Of a DNA stretch of 64,000 nt, positions 9,459 to 19,703 are shown in pieces (positions within the stretch are counted from its first letter, which is position 1; the number at the start of each line of letters is the position of its first letter). Source of the stretch: Candidatus Babeliales bacterium (GTDB taxonomy: Bacteria; Babelota; Babeliae; Babelales; JANWKD01); NCBI GenBank assembly GCA_963722075.1, contig CAVRJM010000001.1, forward strand, positions 1,312,001 to 1,376,000, written 5' to 3'. The position numbers were made by a program, and so were the translations under genes. The notes under the pieces were generated by a model. It saw only the letters and a program-made list of their open reading frames with translations, searched no databases and had not been told where the DNA came from.

Positions 9459-10760
9459 ATGGGTGGACATCATAAGTTATCATTTTGGACTGCCGTATTA
9501 GTTAATTTGAATGTAATGTTTGGTGCAGGCATATTCATTAATACTATATCGGTGGCCAAACAGGCAGGTTTTTTGGGATTCATAAGCTATTTGGTAGTAG
9601 CAATTCTTCTTATTCCCTTAATCATAGGTATGAGTCGTTTAATTGCGCTTTTTCCTAATGGGGGCTTTTATGGGTATGGTGCCCATACCATTAGCAAGGG
9701 CGTTGGTTTTTTTAGTGCATGGGCTTATTTTACTGGTAAATTAGCATCAGCGGCATTACTGGTTCATGTATTTTCAACGTTGATAGTATCATTATTTCCC
9801 GGGTACCTAGGAATATCAACTATTGCTCTTGATAGTATTATTATTTGTTTGTTTGCATGGCTCAATTTGCATCATATGAAAACAGGCAGAGCAATTATGT
9901 ATACCTTTATGGTTTTCAAAGTAGTGCCTATTCTCTTTGCTATTTTGAGTTGCCTTTATTTATATTCGTATTGGTCGGTGCCGGCCGATTTATTCTTATG
10001 GTCGGGAATACCTTATGCCATTCCATTGGTAATATTTGCTTTTACTGGTTTTGAAGTATGTTGTTCGTTAAGTAGTTCAATTGAAAATGCACAAAAAAAT
10101 GGACCACGCATTATTTTTTTAACGTATGGCTTAGTCGTTTGTACCACTATCATATATCAATTTTTTATGTTTCTTACCGCGGGTTCTTCTTTAATGGGTC
10201 AAGAAAGCTATTTAGGGGTTTTCCCAACACTATTGAGTTTATTATTTGCTGATAATTCTCTATTGGTGCAGCATGGTACGCACATCATTCATGTTGCAAT
10301 AGCGTGCGCTTCCCTGGGCGGAAGTTATGGCATATTATTTAGCAATCACTGGAATTTATATGCACTTGCTGAGCATAACCATACTTTTTTCCCTCAAATA
10401 CTTACCACTCTTAATAGTTATTCAATTCCGTTCTATTGCATACTAGTAGAAGCTATTCTTTGCATTTTTTATTTAGTGGTTACCCAAGCATCAGTAGTGA
10501 TATTACAACAGATTAGTGTGATGGGAAGTGTGCTTGCGTATACGATGAGCATGGTGGGACTTTTATATTTTAGCCGTACGCAGGATTCCTTCAATGGTCG
10601 TTATATAATATGGGGTGCCTTATTAAGCTGTTTATTATTTATAAGCTGTTGTGTAAGAAATTTTTATTATAATGGATTATATGCCTTTTATTTTTTCACC
10701 ATTATTTTAATTTTTGGCATTGGTATGTATTTAATTACCAAAAAGAAAGGTAGTGCGTGA
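9459..10760 (+). CDS. APC-family amino acid permease
   Basis: GAGIF in TM1, GGFY, FAFTGFE in TM6, about 12 hydrophobic helices. Confidence 0.88.
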   Translation: MGGHHKLSFWTAVLVNLNVMFGAGIFINTISVAKQAGFLGFISYLVVAILLIPLIIGMSRLIALFPNGGFYGYGAHTISKGVGFFSAWAYFTGKLASAALLVHVFSTLIVSLFPGYLGISTIALDSIIICLFAWLNLHHMKTGRAIMYTFMVFKVVPILFAILSCLYLYSYWSVPADLFLWSGIPYAIPLVIFAFTGFEVCCSLSSSIENAQKNGPRIIFLTYGLVVCTTIIYQFFMFLTAGSSLMGQESYLGVFPTLLSLLFADNSLLVQHGTHIIHVAIACASLGGSYGILFSNHWNLYALAEHNHTFFPQILTTLNSYSIPFYCILVEAILCIFYLVVTQASVVILQQISVMGSVLAYTMSMVGLLYFSRTQDSFNGRYIIWGALLSCLLFISCCVRNFYYNGLYAFYFFTIILIFGIGMYLITKKKGSA

Positions 10761-11923
10761 AATGGCTCTTGTTATGCTTAAATATAACAACTATTGTGTA
10801 TGGCATGGAAATTGAGGATGATAAAAATACTCAAAGCGAATGCCAATTACCGGCTGAAATTTTTTGTCTTATTCAAAAACAAGTAAATACGCGTCAGTAC
10901 TATACTATTAAATATTCTCCTGATACAGAAATTTTTAGCCCTAATAATAATAAGCTGGGGATTATTTCTCATGCAAGGGATAACCAACGATTTCAATTTA
11001 CAAATTTTGTTCATTATTCACCTGGATTTAATGATATGGAAGACCCGGGTTCTAAAACGGGTTTTATAGTTCATCATGAATTAGTAAAATTTCTATTTTT
11101 TGATGCTGGTTCTGGGGAGGCACATTTTGATGGTCCAAATGATGCTAATACATTTTTACTGAGTAATCCTATAAAAAATAGCAATGGAATCGTAGGTTAT
11201 AATATTTTTATGGCTTTTATAAAAAATAAGGATCAACGTAAAAAAATGCATCAGGATTGTTGGGATCGTTATTGCGATACATTTGATAACGCTATATTTA
11301 GGTGTGGATCTTTAACCGCTTTAGCATTATATAACAAGGACAATATAATTGCTTGTGCTGATAATTATGATTTAGACAAAAAGATAGCTCTTTATGATTC
11401 AACGGGAATCTTAATTACAGAAAGTGTTCTGCCTAAAAAGTATGGACTTTTAAAAAAGTTATCATTTTTAACTCATCGTACTTTGTTTGGATTAACGCAA
11501 AAAGGGCGATTGATTACTGTAGCGTTTCATGAAGCCTCGGGTACCTTAACTATCCATAAACAAAGAATAAAAGCAAACAATACCAAAGTTAAAGTACAAA
11601 ATTTTGCGGTGGATCCGTGCCATCTTGGGCAATTACTGTTGCTCCTGGAAGATAATCGGTTGTTTTTAGTGAACATTAAAAAACCTGCTATTGAATCCTT
11701 TTATATATTAAATACTGGTCCAATAGAAAACCTCTGGTTTTATAATGATAAAGTTGGGTATCTAGAAAAAGATTCAATTAAAGATAATAAAGCGACGTTT
11801 GTTACCTTTGATCTGTATCAATTTGTTAATGAACATGAGGTTAATAATAAGCATGCTAATGAATATTTGACTAAATTGGTAGAAAAATTTATAGATGATG
11901 ATAGAAATAGAAAACATAACTAA
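10757..11923 (+). CDS. Hypothetical secreted protein with possible F-box-like N-terminal motif
   Basis: Signal peptide ...VYG followed by MEI; QLPAEIFCLI motif; beta-rich C-terminal region. Confidence 0.6.
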   Translation: MKWLLLCLNITTIVYGMEIEDDKNTQSECQLPAEIFCLIQKQVNTRQYYTIKYSPDTEIFSPNNNKLGIISHARDNQRFQFTNFVHYSPGFNDMEDPGSKTGFIVHHELVKFLFFDAGSGEAHFDGPNDANTFLLSNPIKNSNGIVGYNIFMAFIKNKDQRKKMHQDCWDRYCDTFDNAIFRCGSLTALALYNKDNIIACADNYDLDKKIALYDSTGILITESVLPKKYGLLKKLSFLTHRTLFGLTQKGRLITVAFHEASGTLTIHKQRIKANNTKVKVQNFAVDPCHLGQLLLLLEDNRLFLVNIKKPAIESFYILNTGPIENLWFYNDKVGYLEKDSIKDNKATFVTFDLYQFVNEHEVNNKHANEYLTKLVEKFIDDDRNRKHN

Positions 11924-12005
11924 ATGTCATTTAATAAAATTTATTTAGCTAAAAAGGTTATTTTGTTTCTTATTCACTTATCTTGATCGAAGAATTTTAC
12001 GTTAC

Positions 12006-13070
12006 CTATCTGATCTTGAGCGTCAGCAAAGCAAATAAGCACAAAATAAGCGAAATGATACCAAATCGCACCGTAATTTTAGATTCTTGCCACCCTAATA
12101 ATTCAAAATGATGATGAAGGGGGGCCATTTTAAAAATGCGCTTACCAAAATATTTAAATGATACTACTTGCATAATAACTGATACGGTTTCCATCACAAA
12201 AAGACCGCCTGAAATTACTAAGAGCAGTTCTTGTTTTGCAAGAATAGCCATAAGAGCTAATGCGCTTCCCAGTGCTAATGATCCGACGTCTCCCATAAAT
12301 ATTTGTGCTGGATAGGTATTGTACCACAAAAATCCTAATGAGGCGCCTACTAATGCGCAACCAATGATGGTAATTTCTGAAGAATGTGCGTACGGAATAT
12401 GTAGGTAATAGGCCAATAAAAAATGGCCAGCAATGTAGCAAATTAAGGAATAGAGCGCAAAATTAGGAATCAATGAACCGATGGCAAGTCCATCCAAGCC
12501 GTCAGTTAAATTTACGGCATTACACATGGCAACTAAAATGAAGGCAACCCAAGCGATATAAAAATAACCAAGATCAATAGTGAGATTTTTAAAAAACGGG
12601 AAACTGATAAAAGCTTGGTTGGGGTTATGAGCATAAAGGCAGATAGCTATAATAAGCGCAAATGTTATTTGTAGTAGAAATTTGCTACGAGCCGATATTC
12701 CTTTCTTTCGCTTAATTTTGAACCAATCATCTAAAAAGCCAATGATACCAAATCCTGTGATGCAGGCCAAAAACAGTAATACCGTATACTGAAGCAGATT
12801 ACACCATAATAAGGATGAGAAAATAACCGTGGCAATAATAAATATACCCCCCATAGTGGGCATATTGTTTTTAATTTTATGTGCCTCGGGTGTCCATTCT
12901 CGTACGTTAGTGCGAAAAAATTGTTGAGACTTATTAATAAACCAATTACCAAAGATAAATGAAAAAAAAAGGGAGGTAAGGAGTGCTGCTATGGCACGAA
13001 AACTAACATAATGAATAACATTAAAAATGGAAAAAGTATGTTTTAGATAATTTGATAAATGATATATCAT
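12006..13070 (-). CDS. mraY: Phospho-N-acetylmuramoyl-pentapeptide transferase
   Basis: PTMGG, GFLDD, NAVNLTDGLDGLA, FMGDVGS, APLHHHFE. Confidence 0.97.
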   Translation of the reverse strand: MIYHLSNYLKHTFSIFNVIHYVSFRAIAALLTSLFFSFIFGNWFINKSQQFFRTNVREWTPEAHKIKNNMPTMGGIFIIATVIFSSLLWCNLLQYTVLLFLACITGFGIIGFLDDWFKIKRKKGISARSKFLLQITFALIIAICLYAHNPNQAFISFPFFKNLTIDLGYFYIAWVAFILVAMCNAVNLTDGLDGLAIGSLIPNFALYSLICYIAGHFLLAYYLHIPYAHSSEITIIGCALVGASLGFLWYNTYPAQIFMGDVGSLALGSALALMAILAKQELLLVISGGLFVMETVSVIMQVVSFKYFGKRIFKMAPLHHHFELLGWQESKITVRFGIISLILCLFALLTLKIR

Positions 13071-13143
13071 AGTAAGCTTTCAAAATTAATATTTTTTGGT
13101 TTACAAAATTACTCAAAGCTTAATAATAAGGCTTAAGAATGAT

Positions 13144-13342
13144 GTCGTTGCGAGCTTGTCGAAGCAATCCAGGTTCATTTAATATTTGGTAATTTATTCT
13201 TGTTTACTGGATCCTTACACTCCGTTCAGGATGACATTCACAAGCCTCCCCGTCATTCTGAGGCCTTTGGCCGTAAGAATCCAGTGATAAAATGATTTCT
13301 AATAATAATCAAGCCTGGATTGCTTCGCAGGCTCGCAACGAC
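13144..13342. repeat. Four family-1 repeats arranged > < > < (13144-13173, 13206-13235, 13252-13285, 13314-13342)
   Basis: GTCGTTGCGAGCTTGTCGAAGCAATCCAGG and variants. Confidence 0.9.
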
Positions 13343-13633
13343 ATTTCTTTGGAAATTGTATATCCTTTGAGCAAAATTTCTTTCGTATTTAAATAAGCAA
13401 AGCTCAATGTGCTTTTAGTTCTCATTATAGCAATTATTACAATTGTTGCTGCGGATATTTAAAGAAAAGCGAGACATGGTCATATTTATAATTTCTCTTT
13501 GGAAATAAATAATTTATTAATATGGCTAAAAGGGCTGTTGAATACCCCCTTTTGACAATAAAAGTGAGCTATTTAAACTATTAAGTATGCTAGTTTCATC
13601 TACATAAGATATGATATCGGAGGAAAACTAACT

Positions 13634-14074
13634 ATGAAATCGAGTTATTTAGGTAAAGCAGGAAAGTGTGGAGCGTTGTTTTTATTACTGTATGGTACTA
13701 TACCATCCACCAACAAAGCAGTACCCATAGCAAGTACTGCTATGGTAACCTCAAGCAACGATGCGAAATCACCTGGCCAAGAATTTATTGCTGAACTGAG
13801 AAAGTTTTGCAATGACTTTAAGGATACCACTTCTTTTAGCAAGTTTTGCGTAAAACTTGTAACCTTTCTTGAACAATATGCAGCCGCTATTAAAAATGAG
13901 TTTCCTACGCTTAGTATCCAGGAGCTTATAAAAGCACTCAAAGATGTTCAAAATAAAACTAGCTCTATGATGATAGGGTTTAAACTACATCCGTTTTTTA
14001 AAGAATTACCACATGACCTGCAAGATGTTTCTAAATGGCGAGCGGCCCTGAACAGGCGGTTGTCTCTGCAATAA
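13634..14074 (+). CDS. Hypothetical secreted protein
   Basis: 146-aa ORF, GGAGG RBS, N-terminal hydrophobic stretch; TTGACA-like -35 at 13552. Confidence 0.7.
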   Translation: MKSSYLGKAGKCGALFLLLYGTIPSTNKAVPIASTAMVTSSNDAKSPGQEFIAELRKFCNDFKDTTSFSKFCVKLVTFLEQYAAAIKNEFPTLSIQELIKALKDVQNKTSSMMIGFKLHPFFKELPHDLQDVSKWRAALNRRLSLQ

Positions 14075-14147
14075 ATCTATTTCGATTATGGATAAGGGGA
14101 AATGGAGGCCTTTTAACATCAATTGAAATCTTACGCTAGATACGATA

Positions 14148-14186
14148 CCATTATCTCTAGGAGAAATCTTAGGGATAATGGCTTTT
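14148..14186 (+). terminator. Hairpin with short U-tract upstream of mnmG
   Basis: CCATTATCTCTAG...TTAGGGATAATGG followed by CTTTTT. Confidence 0.45.
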
Positions 14187-14198
14187 TAGAATGATATC

Positions 14199-16004
14199 AT
14201 GGCAAAAACTGGTTCATATGATTTTGATGTAATAGTAGTAGGTGGTGGGCATGCTGGTATAGAAGCTGCTTATGCATCTGCTCGTTTAGGGTCAAAAACA
14301 TTATTAATTACTTTAAATTTAGATCGTATTGGCTATATGCCGTGTAACCCTGCAATTGGCGGGGTGGGCAAAGGACATATTGTATTTGAAATTAGCGCCT
14401 TAGGCGGCTTAATGCCTAAATTATGTACGCAAACATATTTGCAAGCGCGTATGCTGAACACCAAAAAAGGGCCGGCGGTTCAAGGATTGCGATTACAAAT
14501 TGATAAACATGCTTATAACGATCATGCCAAGCAAACATTAGAACGAACGGAAAATTTACAGATTATTTCTGGCATGGTTGAATCCTTATTTCTTGATAAT
14601 AAAGGTGCAATTTGCGGCGCCAAAACGCGTGAAGGGGTAGAATACAGTGCTGGTGCTGTTATTTTAACCACCGGTACGTTTTTAAATGGCGTGGTGCATA
14701 TTGGCAAAAATAATTATTCTGCTGGTCGCCAAGGGGATGAAGCGGTTCCTCATTTAACATCATTTTTAAATAAATTGGGTTTAATAACCGGTCGATTAAA
14801 AACAGGAACACCACCGCGCTTATTGCGCTCAAGTATTGATTTTTCTCAATTAGATATGCAAGCGCCAGATAACTTGAATCATCTTTTTGAATTTCATCCG
14901 CATACCGTTACCAATAAGCGCGATTGCTTTATTGCGTATACTAATTCTAAAACCCATGAAATAATAAGAAAAAATTTACCTTTATCTGCCATGTATAGCG
15001 GCAATATTAAAGGTATTGGACCGCGTTATTGCCCGTCTGTTGAAGATAAAATTGCGCGCTTTCCTGATAAAACAGCGCATCATATTTTTGTAGAACCAGA
15101 AAGTGCTTCAAGTGATGAGATTTACCCAAACGGTATTTCTACTTCATTGCCATTACCGGTGCAACTTGAAATGGTACATTCGATTGTTGGATTTGAACAA
15201 GCGGTTATTGTGCGTCCTGGCTATGCGATTGAGTATGATTTTGTGCTTCCTGATCAATTATCCCATACATTAGAAGTTAAAAAAGTTCCCGGTCTTTTTT
15301 TGGCGGGTCAGATTAATGGCACTACCGGCTACGAAGAGGCGGCCGGCCAAGGAATTATGGCGGGAATCAATGCTCATTTGAAAGTACATAGATTGGCGCC
15401 GTTTATACTTGATAGAAACCAAGGATATATTGGCGTTATGATCGATGATTTGGTTACCTTAGGTGTTGATGAACCATATCGTATGTTTACTTCTCGTGCT
15501 GAACGGCGTTTAACATTGCGGCAGGATAATGTGTTTTTACGATTAGCTGACACCAGTTATAATTTAGGCCTTATTGATAAAACTATGTACGAAGCTATTC
15601 AACAAGAAAAAGCTATTGTATCTGATACCATAACGCAACTTAAATCGGGAAAAAATAGCTGTGATATTTTGCAATTATTAGGCAATCAAGAAGAGCATAA
15701 ACAGAAGCTTAATGAATTTACGGATGGCAAATTATCCAACCGATTACTAGAAACAATTTGGGCTGATATACGGTATGAGCCCTATTTAAAACGTGAAGAA
15801 AAAGAAATAGAAAAGTCAAAGGTATATCAAGAGTTGAATATTCCCGAAAGCTTTAATTATAGCATTATTCCCGGTCTTTCTACGGAGTTAAAACAAAAAT
15901 TAACTAGGCATAAACCCAAAACAATTGCGCAAGCAATGCTTATTACGGGAATGACACCAGCGGCAATTTCGCTGCTTATCTTTAAGGTTCGAGAACATCA
16001 ATAA
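14199..16004 (+). CDS. mnmG: tRNA uridine-5-carboxymethylaminomethyl(34) synthesis enzyme
   Basis: GGGHAG, MPCNPAIGG, RLKTGTPPR, GPRYCPS, AGQINGTTGYEEAA, EPYRMFTSRAE. Confidence 0.98.
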   Translation: MAKTGSYDFDVIVVGGGHAGIEAAYASARLGSKTLLITLNLDRIGYMPCNPAIGGVGKGHIVFEISALGGLMPKLCTQTYLQARMLNTKKGPAVQGLRLQIDKHAYNDHAKQTLERTENLQIISGMVESLFLDNKGAICGAKTREGVEYSAGAVILTTGTFLNGVVHIGKNNYSAGRQGDEAVPHLTSFLNKLGLITGRLKTGTPPRLLRSSIDFSQLDMQAPDNLNHLFEFHPHTVTNKRDCFIAYTNSKTHEIIRKNLPLSAMYSGNIKGIGPRYCPSVEDKIARFPDKTAHHIFVEPESASSDEIYPNGISTSLPLPVQLEMVHSIVGFEQAVIVRPGYAIEYDFVLPDQLSHTLEVKKVPGLFLAGQINGTTGYEEAAGQGIMAGINAHLKVHRLAPFILDRNQGYIGVMIDDLVTLGVDEPYRMFTSRAERRLTLRQDNVFLRLADTSYNLGLIDKTMYEAIQQEKAIVSDTITQLKSGKNSCDILQLLGNQEEHKQKLNEFTDGKLSNRLLETIWADIRYEPYLKREEKEIEKSKVYQELNIPESFNYSIIPGLSTELKQKLTRHKPKTIAQAMLITGMTPAAISLLIFKVREHQ

Positions 16005-16017
16005 AAAAGGGTTCATT

Positions 16018-16227
16018 ATGAAATACCATCTTCCATTACTAACATTAATTTGTTGCTTGGTAGTAATGAGTCATAGTATGGATAATAGTAGGCAAGAGCG
16101 TGATAAAAGAAATCAAAAAGCTCAGGCAGAATGTCAGGCAAAGCGTAAAAAAAAACCTGACAGAACCGAAGAGGAACTAGCCCAAGATGCTATTTATATT
16201 GCAACTTTAAATTGTATTTTAATGTAA
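16018..16227 (+). CDS. Small secreted hypothetical protein
   Basis: Signal peptide ...SHS followed by MDN; basic KRKKK; C-terminal CILM. Confidence 0.6.
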   Translation: MKYHLPLLTLICCLVVMSHSMDNSRQERDKRNQKAQAECQAKRKKKPDRTEEELAQDAIYIATLNCILM

Positions 16228-16232
16228 AGTAA

Positions 16233-16895
16233 ATGATGATTAAAAAAAGATCTTTTTTTACCAGAAATAGTTTTTTTGTTTTTATTTTAACCTTTTATAG
16301 CGTGCTTTTTATAGAATATGTTTTTACAACCAAAGAATTAGCAGCTTTAAAAATTGAAGAGGAGCTTAAAGAACAAGATGCAGTTCCGTTACTTGATGAT
16401 TCCATTTTGACCATGGAGCCATTAAAGCCTAAAAATGAAGTAGTTGCCCTTACTCCAAGAAAAGAAGCAGTACCGGTAATAAAAACGGCATCAAGTCTTA
16501 CCATAGCACCAGAAAATAAAAAAAAACCTATAACGCAACAGCACGCTACTGATCATGAACGTATTGTTACCATATGCAATGATATTACTCAAGATATGGT
16601 TACCTATAAAAAACATTGGTCAGGCCATCATGCGCCGTCAAAATTTATAGTAAAAGTAAATGATCAAGAATTAAAAAAGGGCGTGCCGACACCGGTGAAA
16701 GTGGTTGATGACAACGTGCGAATTTCTTATAGCTATGAATTTCGCGCCATGGGATGTGTGTATCGCACTGGTGGAAGAAATCTTGAATATAAGATTCCAA
16801 AAAAAGTTGAACAATGTAGTTCAACTTTTTCCTGGGATGCCCCCCATAATTTGATTCTTGAGCATGGACAATTAGTTGCGGTTACTGATTTTTGA
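16233..16895 (+). CDS. Hypothetical membrane-anchored protein
   Basis: N-terminal TM, low-complexity linker, beta-rich C-terminal domain. Confidence 0.7.
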   Translation: MMIKKRSFFTRNSFFVFILTFYSVLFIEYVFTTKELAALKIEEELKEQDAVPLLDDSILTMEPLKPKNEVVALTPRKEAVPVIKTASSLTIAPENKKKPITQQHATDHERIVTICNDITQDMVTYKKHWSGHHAPSKFIVKVNDQELKKGVPTPVKVVDDNVRISYSYEFRAMGCVYRTGGRNLEYKIPKKVEQCSSTFSWDAPHNLILEHGQLVAVTDF

Positions 16896-16976
16896 ATAAT
16901 TCTCTTATGTTTATAAAACTTTTATCGCTTACAAATGAGATCTACCTTGAGCCTTAGTGTAACGAATTGGAAAGAT

Positions 16977-17094
16977 GTCGTTGCGAGTTTACGAAGCAAT
17001 CCAGGCTCATTTAAAGTTTTCTAGTTTGCTGATAAATTTTTTAATTGTTTAAATAATTGATATTTCTGGATTGCCGCGCTTCGCTCGCAACGAC
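16977..17094. repeat. Inverted pair of family-1 repeats with AT-rich spacer
   Basis: 16977-17005 (+) and 17066-17094 (-). Confidence 0.9.
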
Positions 17095-17265
17095 AGCCTG
17101 TCTTTATTATTGTAATTTGAGGCAAATTTTTTTATACATTGCAAATAAGCTTCCAGAGAACCCATTAAATAAGTTTATTGAGTTTTTTCAGTAATATATG
17201 CTATTATTAAATTATCGATAAAAACAGCATATAAATAGCAAGAATCGCTTAAAAAATGAGAGGTT

Positions 17266-18717
17266 ATGAAAGCCTATTTTAAACATCTTTATTTATCATT
17301 TTTATTATTTTCTTGGTTTATTCCGTATGACCTTTTTTCCAATGTAACTGTTTACAATATCCCTAGAGAAAGCAATTTGGTTGATATTTCTGCAAATGAG
17401 AATATTCAAGATACCATAGAACTAGGTGTTAAAAGCTTTATAGAAGGTAAAAGAAATATTGGAAGAATTAGTTATTTAACGCCGCGAGAAGTTCGAGCCC
17501 TATTTTCCAATAAAGTTAAGGAGTTGTATGGTGAAAAAAAGGGTAATGAAATAATTAATAACTATTTTACTGATGATTATTTTGGTAGAAAAAGAGAAGT
17601 CGAAGAAGAAAAATCGCCGTATCAAATAGTTCAAGAAGATCCTTATTTAGCTACGCATATATATAATGCTTTAGGGTCTCCTACAAATAAACCTGGTAGG
17701 GAAGGTACTATGGAAGAGGCGCGAAAAAGATGGGGTATAGAAACTTTGCTTTTAACACCTCAAGAAGTTTTTGAGGCATTACCAGATTATGTGACAAATA
17801 GATTAAATCTTACATCGGGAACATTTGAAGAATTTAAGGAAAAATACCCAGAAAAGGCAAAAGTAATTTTTTCTAAAGATTTTTTTATCCCAAGGGATCC
17901 TGCAGCGCGTAAATCTTATTTTTTAACGCATTCATTTGGATTTTTTGATCAACAATTAGTTGCTGATATTTACATAACAGCAAAAAGAATCATGGGATTA
18001 ACTAAAAAGGGTGATTACATTATTATTTTTGGTAATACTCCCTATTTTGTAGGAAGAGCATTATCTAAATTAATTTCTTTAGACCCAAGCAATGAAAATT
18101 ATCGAGAAATTATTGAATTCCCGTTTTCAGGTTCGCCTAATAGAGTGAGGCCTTTGAGTTTTCCCACTTATAAAGATATTGTAACTTCAGAGCGATTGAA
18201 ATATTTACAAACTAGATTGAAGAAAGTTGGTTTATCACCAGAAAATAAAAATTTGCAAAAACATGGAATTTATTTTCTTGATGTAATTGCAACTGGAAGT
18301 GGTGTTGCATATACGATTGAAGAAATATTACGATCATTTATTGCTGCAGATCAGCAAATTCCAAATATTAATATTATATCATTAAATCAAATTGATATAC
18401 ATAAGGAAGAAGACCAAAGAAATGCTCAAATAGCTGAAACAGACGCATCTGATGGGGATGAACTTACGTTATTTTTTCCTAGTAAATTTAACCCTCATTT
18501 TGCAGTGGATGCATTCGTTATTTATTTGCCGCGTCATGGAATGTTAGATATTTTGCCATCAACTGAATGGCGTATTTTCCCTGAATATAATGCTGCTTTT
18601 TGGGTTCCTGAGTATGATTACTTATTACATTGGCCGCAAACTGAAGTTGCTCATATATTACTTCAATTTTTTGATGCGAACCTTGAACATATTATGAAAC
18701 AGGATACTGGCAAGTAA
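17266..18717 (+). CDS. Hypothetical secreted protein, possible PRTase-like C-terminal domain
   Basis: 483-aa ORF, GAGG RBS, signal peptide; IYFLDVIATGSG resembles a PRPP-binding loop. Confidence 0.7.
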   Translation: MKAYFKHLYLSFLLFSWFIPYDLFSNVTVYNIPRESNLVDISANENIQDTIELGVKSFIEGKRNIGRISYLTPREVRALFSNKVKELYGEKKGNEIINNYFTDDYFGRKREVEEEKSPYQIVQEDPYLATHIYNALGSPTNKPGREGTMEEARKRWGIETLLLTPQEVFEALPDYVTNRLNLTSGTFEEFKEKYPEKAKVIFSKDFFIPRDPAARKSYFLTHSFGFFDQQLVADIYITAKRIMGLTKKGDYIIIFGNTPYFVGRALSKLISLDPSNENYREIIEFPFSGSPNRVRPLSFPTYKDIVTSERLKYLQTRLKKVGLSPENKNLQKHGIYFLDVIATGSGVAYTIEEILRSFIAADQQIPNINIISLNQIDIHKEEDQRNAQIAETDASDGDELTLFFPSKFNPHFAVDAFVIYLPRHGMLDILPSTEWRIFPEYNAAFWVPEYDYLLHWPQTEVAHILLQFFDANLEHIMKQDTGK

Positions 18718-18831
18718 TATGAGGTATCTTATTATTATTTTTGCTTTAAGTTATAATGAATACTGTCATCATAGAAAATTGCAAGGCAGTAACAGTTGAA
18801 GTGCCAAAAATTTAAAGGTTTATTTACTTAA

Positions 18832-18903
18832 TGGATTGCTTCGTAAACTCGCAATGACGTCTAGTGGGTTGTCATTAGGAGCCGGCGGGAGTAGTGATCC
18901 AGT
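18832..18903. repeat. Family-1 repeats (18832-18858 minus; degenerate 18871-18903 plus)
   Basis: TGGATTGCTTCGTAAACTCGCAATGAC; GTCATT...GATCCAGT. Confidence 0.85.
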
Positions 18904-18929
18904 AATTAAAGAGAAATATAATTATTCCA

Positions 18930-19703
18930 ATGTATCCAAAATTACTACATATTTACGGTCCTTTTTTTGTACAAAGCTATGGTGTATGTATAGCGTTAGG
19001 GTTAGTGCTTTATACCTGGTTACTGTTCAAGGATCCCATTCGTAAGAAACTCGTAACTGATGATCAGTTTCACACCCTGCTATTAGCAGGGGTGTTGAGC
19101 GCATTGTTGGGCGGTAGAATACTCTATTTTCTTACCGAAGAACCACTGGGATCGTTAAGAGAGTTTTTTGAAGTATGGACCGGAGGCTTTGCCGTATTAG
19201 GTTCGGTGTTGGGGGTATTGGTGGTACTTTCATATTTGTTAAAAAGCTATAAATTACCGGTGCTTCTATCTCTTGACCGGGCTGCGTTATATGGGCCATT
19301 ATTGCAAGGAATTTCGCGCATTGGCTGTTTTTTAGCCGGGTGCTGTTATGGGAAGATAACGAACGTAAGCTGGGCTATTACCTATACTGATCGTGACTGC
19401 TTGGCTCCTTTGCACGTTGGCCTACACCCGACGCAATTATATAGTGCATGTTCCTTATTTCTTATTTTTTTCCTATTAATCTATGCGCAGCGTGTATTAA
19501 AAAAAGATGGCCAATTATTCCTATTATATTTAAGCTGTATGAGCTTTGAACGGTTTTTTAATGATTTTTTACGTGCCGACCGTTCTTTTTTTGGTAATTT
19601 TATCTATTCTAATCATCAACTTATAGCATTAGCAATTGGTATCATTTCTATAACCTGCTTGGTATTTCGTTCAAGGAAAGCCGTTGGTGCCCACGGATTA
19701 TGA
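18930..19703 (+). CDS. lgt: Prolipoprotein diacylglyceryl transferase
   Basis: SYG, GGRILY, RIGCFLAGCCYG, HPTQLY. Confidence 0.93.
   Translation: MYPKLLHIYGPFFVQSYGVCIALGLVLYTWLLFKDPIRKKLVTDDQFHTLLLAGVLSALLGGRILYFLTEEPLGSLREFFEVWTGGFAVLGSVLGVLVVLSYLLKSYKLPVLLSLDRAALYGPLLQGISRIGCFLAGCCYGKITNVSWAITYTDRDCLAPLHVGLHPTQLYSACSLFLIFFLLIYAQRVLKKDGQLFLLYLSCMSFERFFNDFLRADRSFFGNFIYSNHQLIALAIGIISITCLVFRSRKAVGAHGL

Noticed and set aside
18836..19045. 69-aa ORF
   Set aside because: Starts inside a repeat and overlaps lgt out of frame
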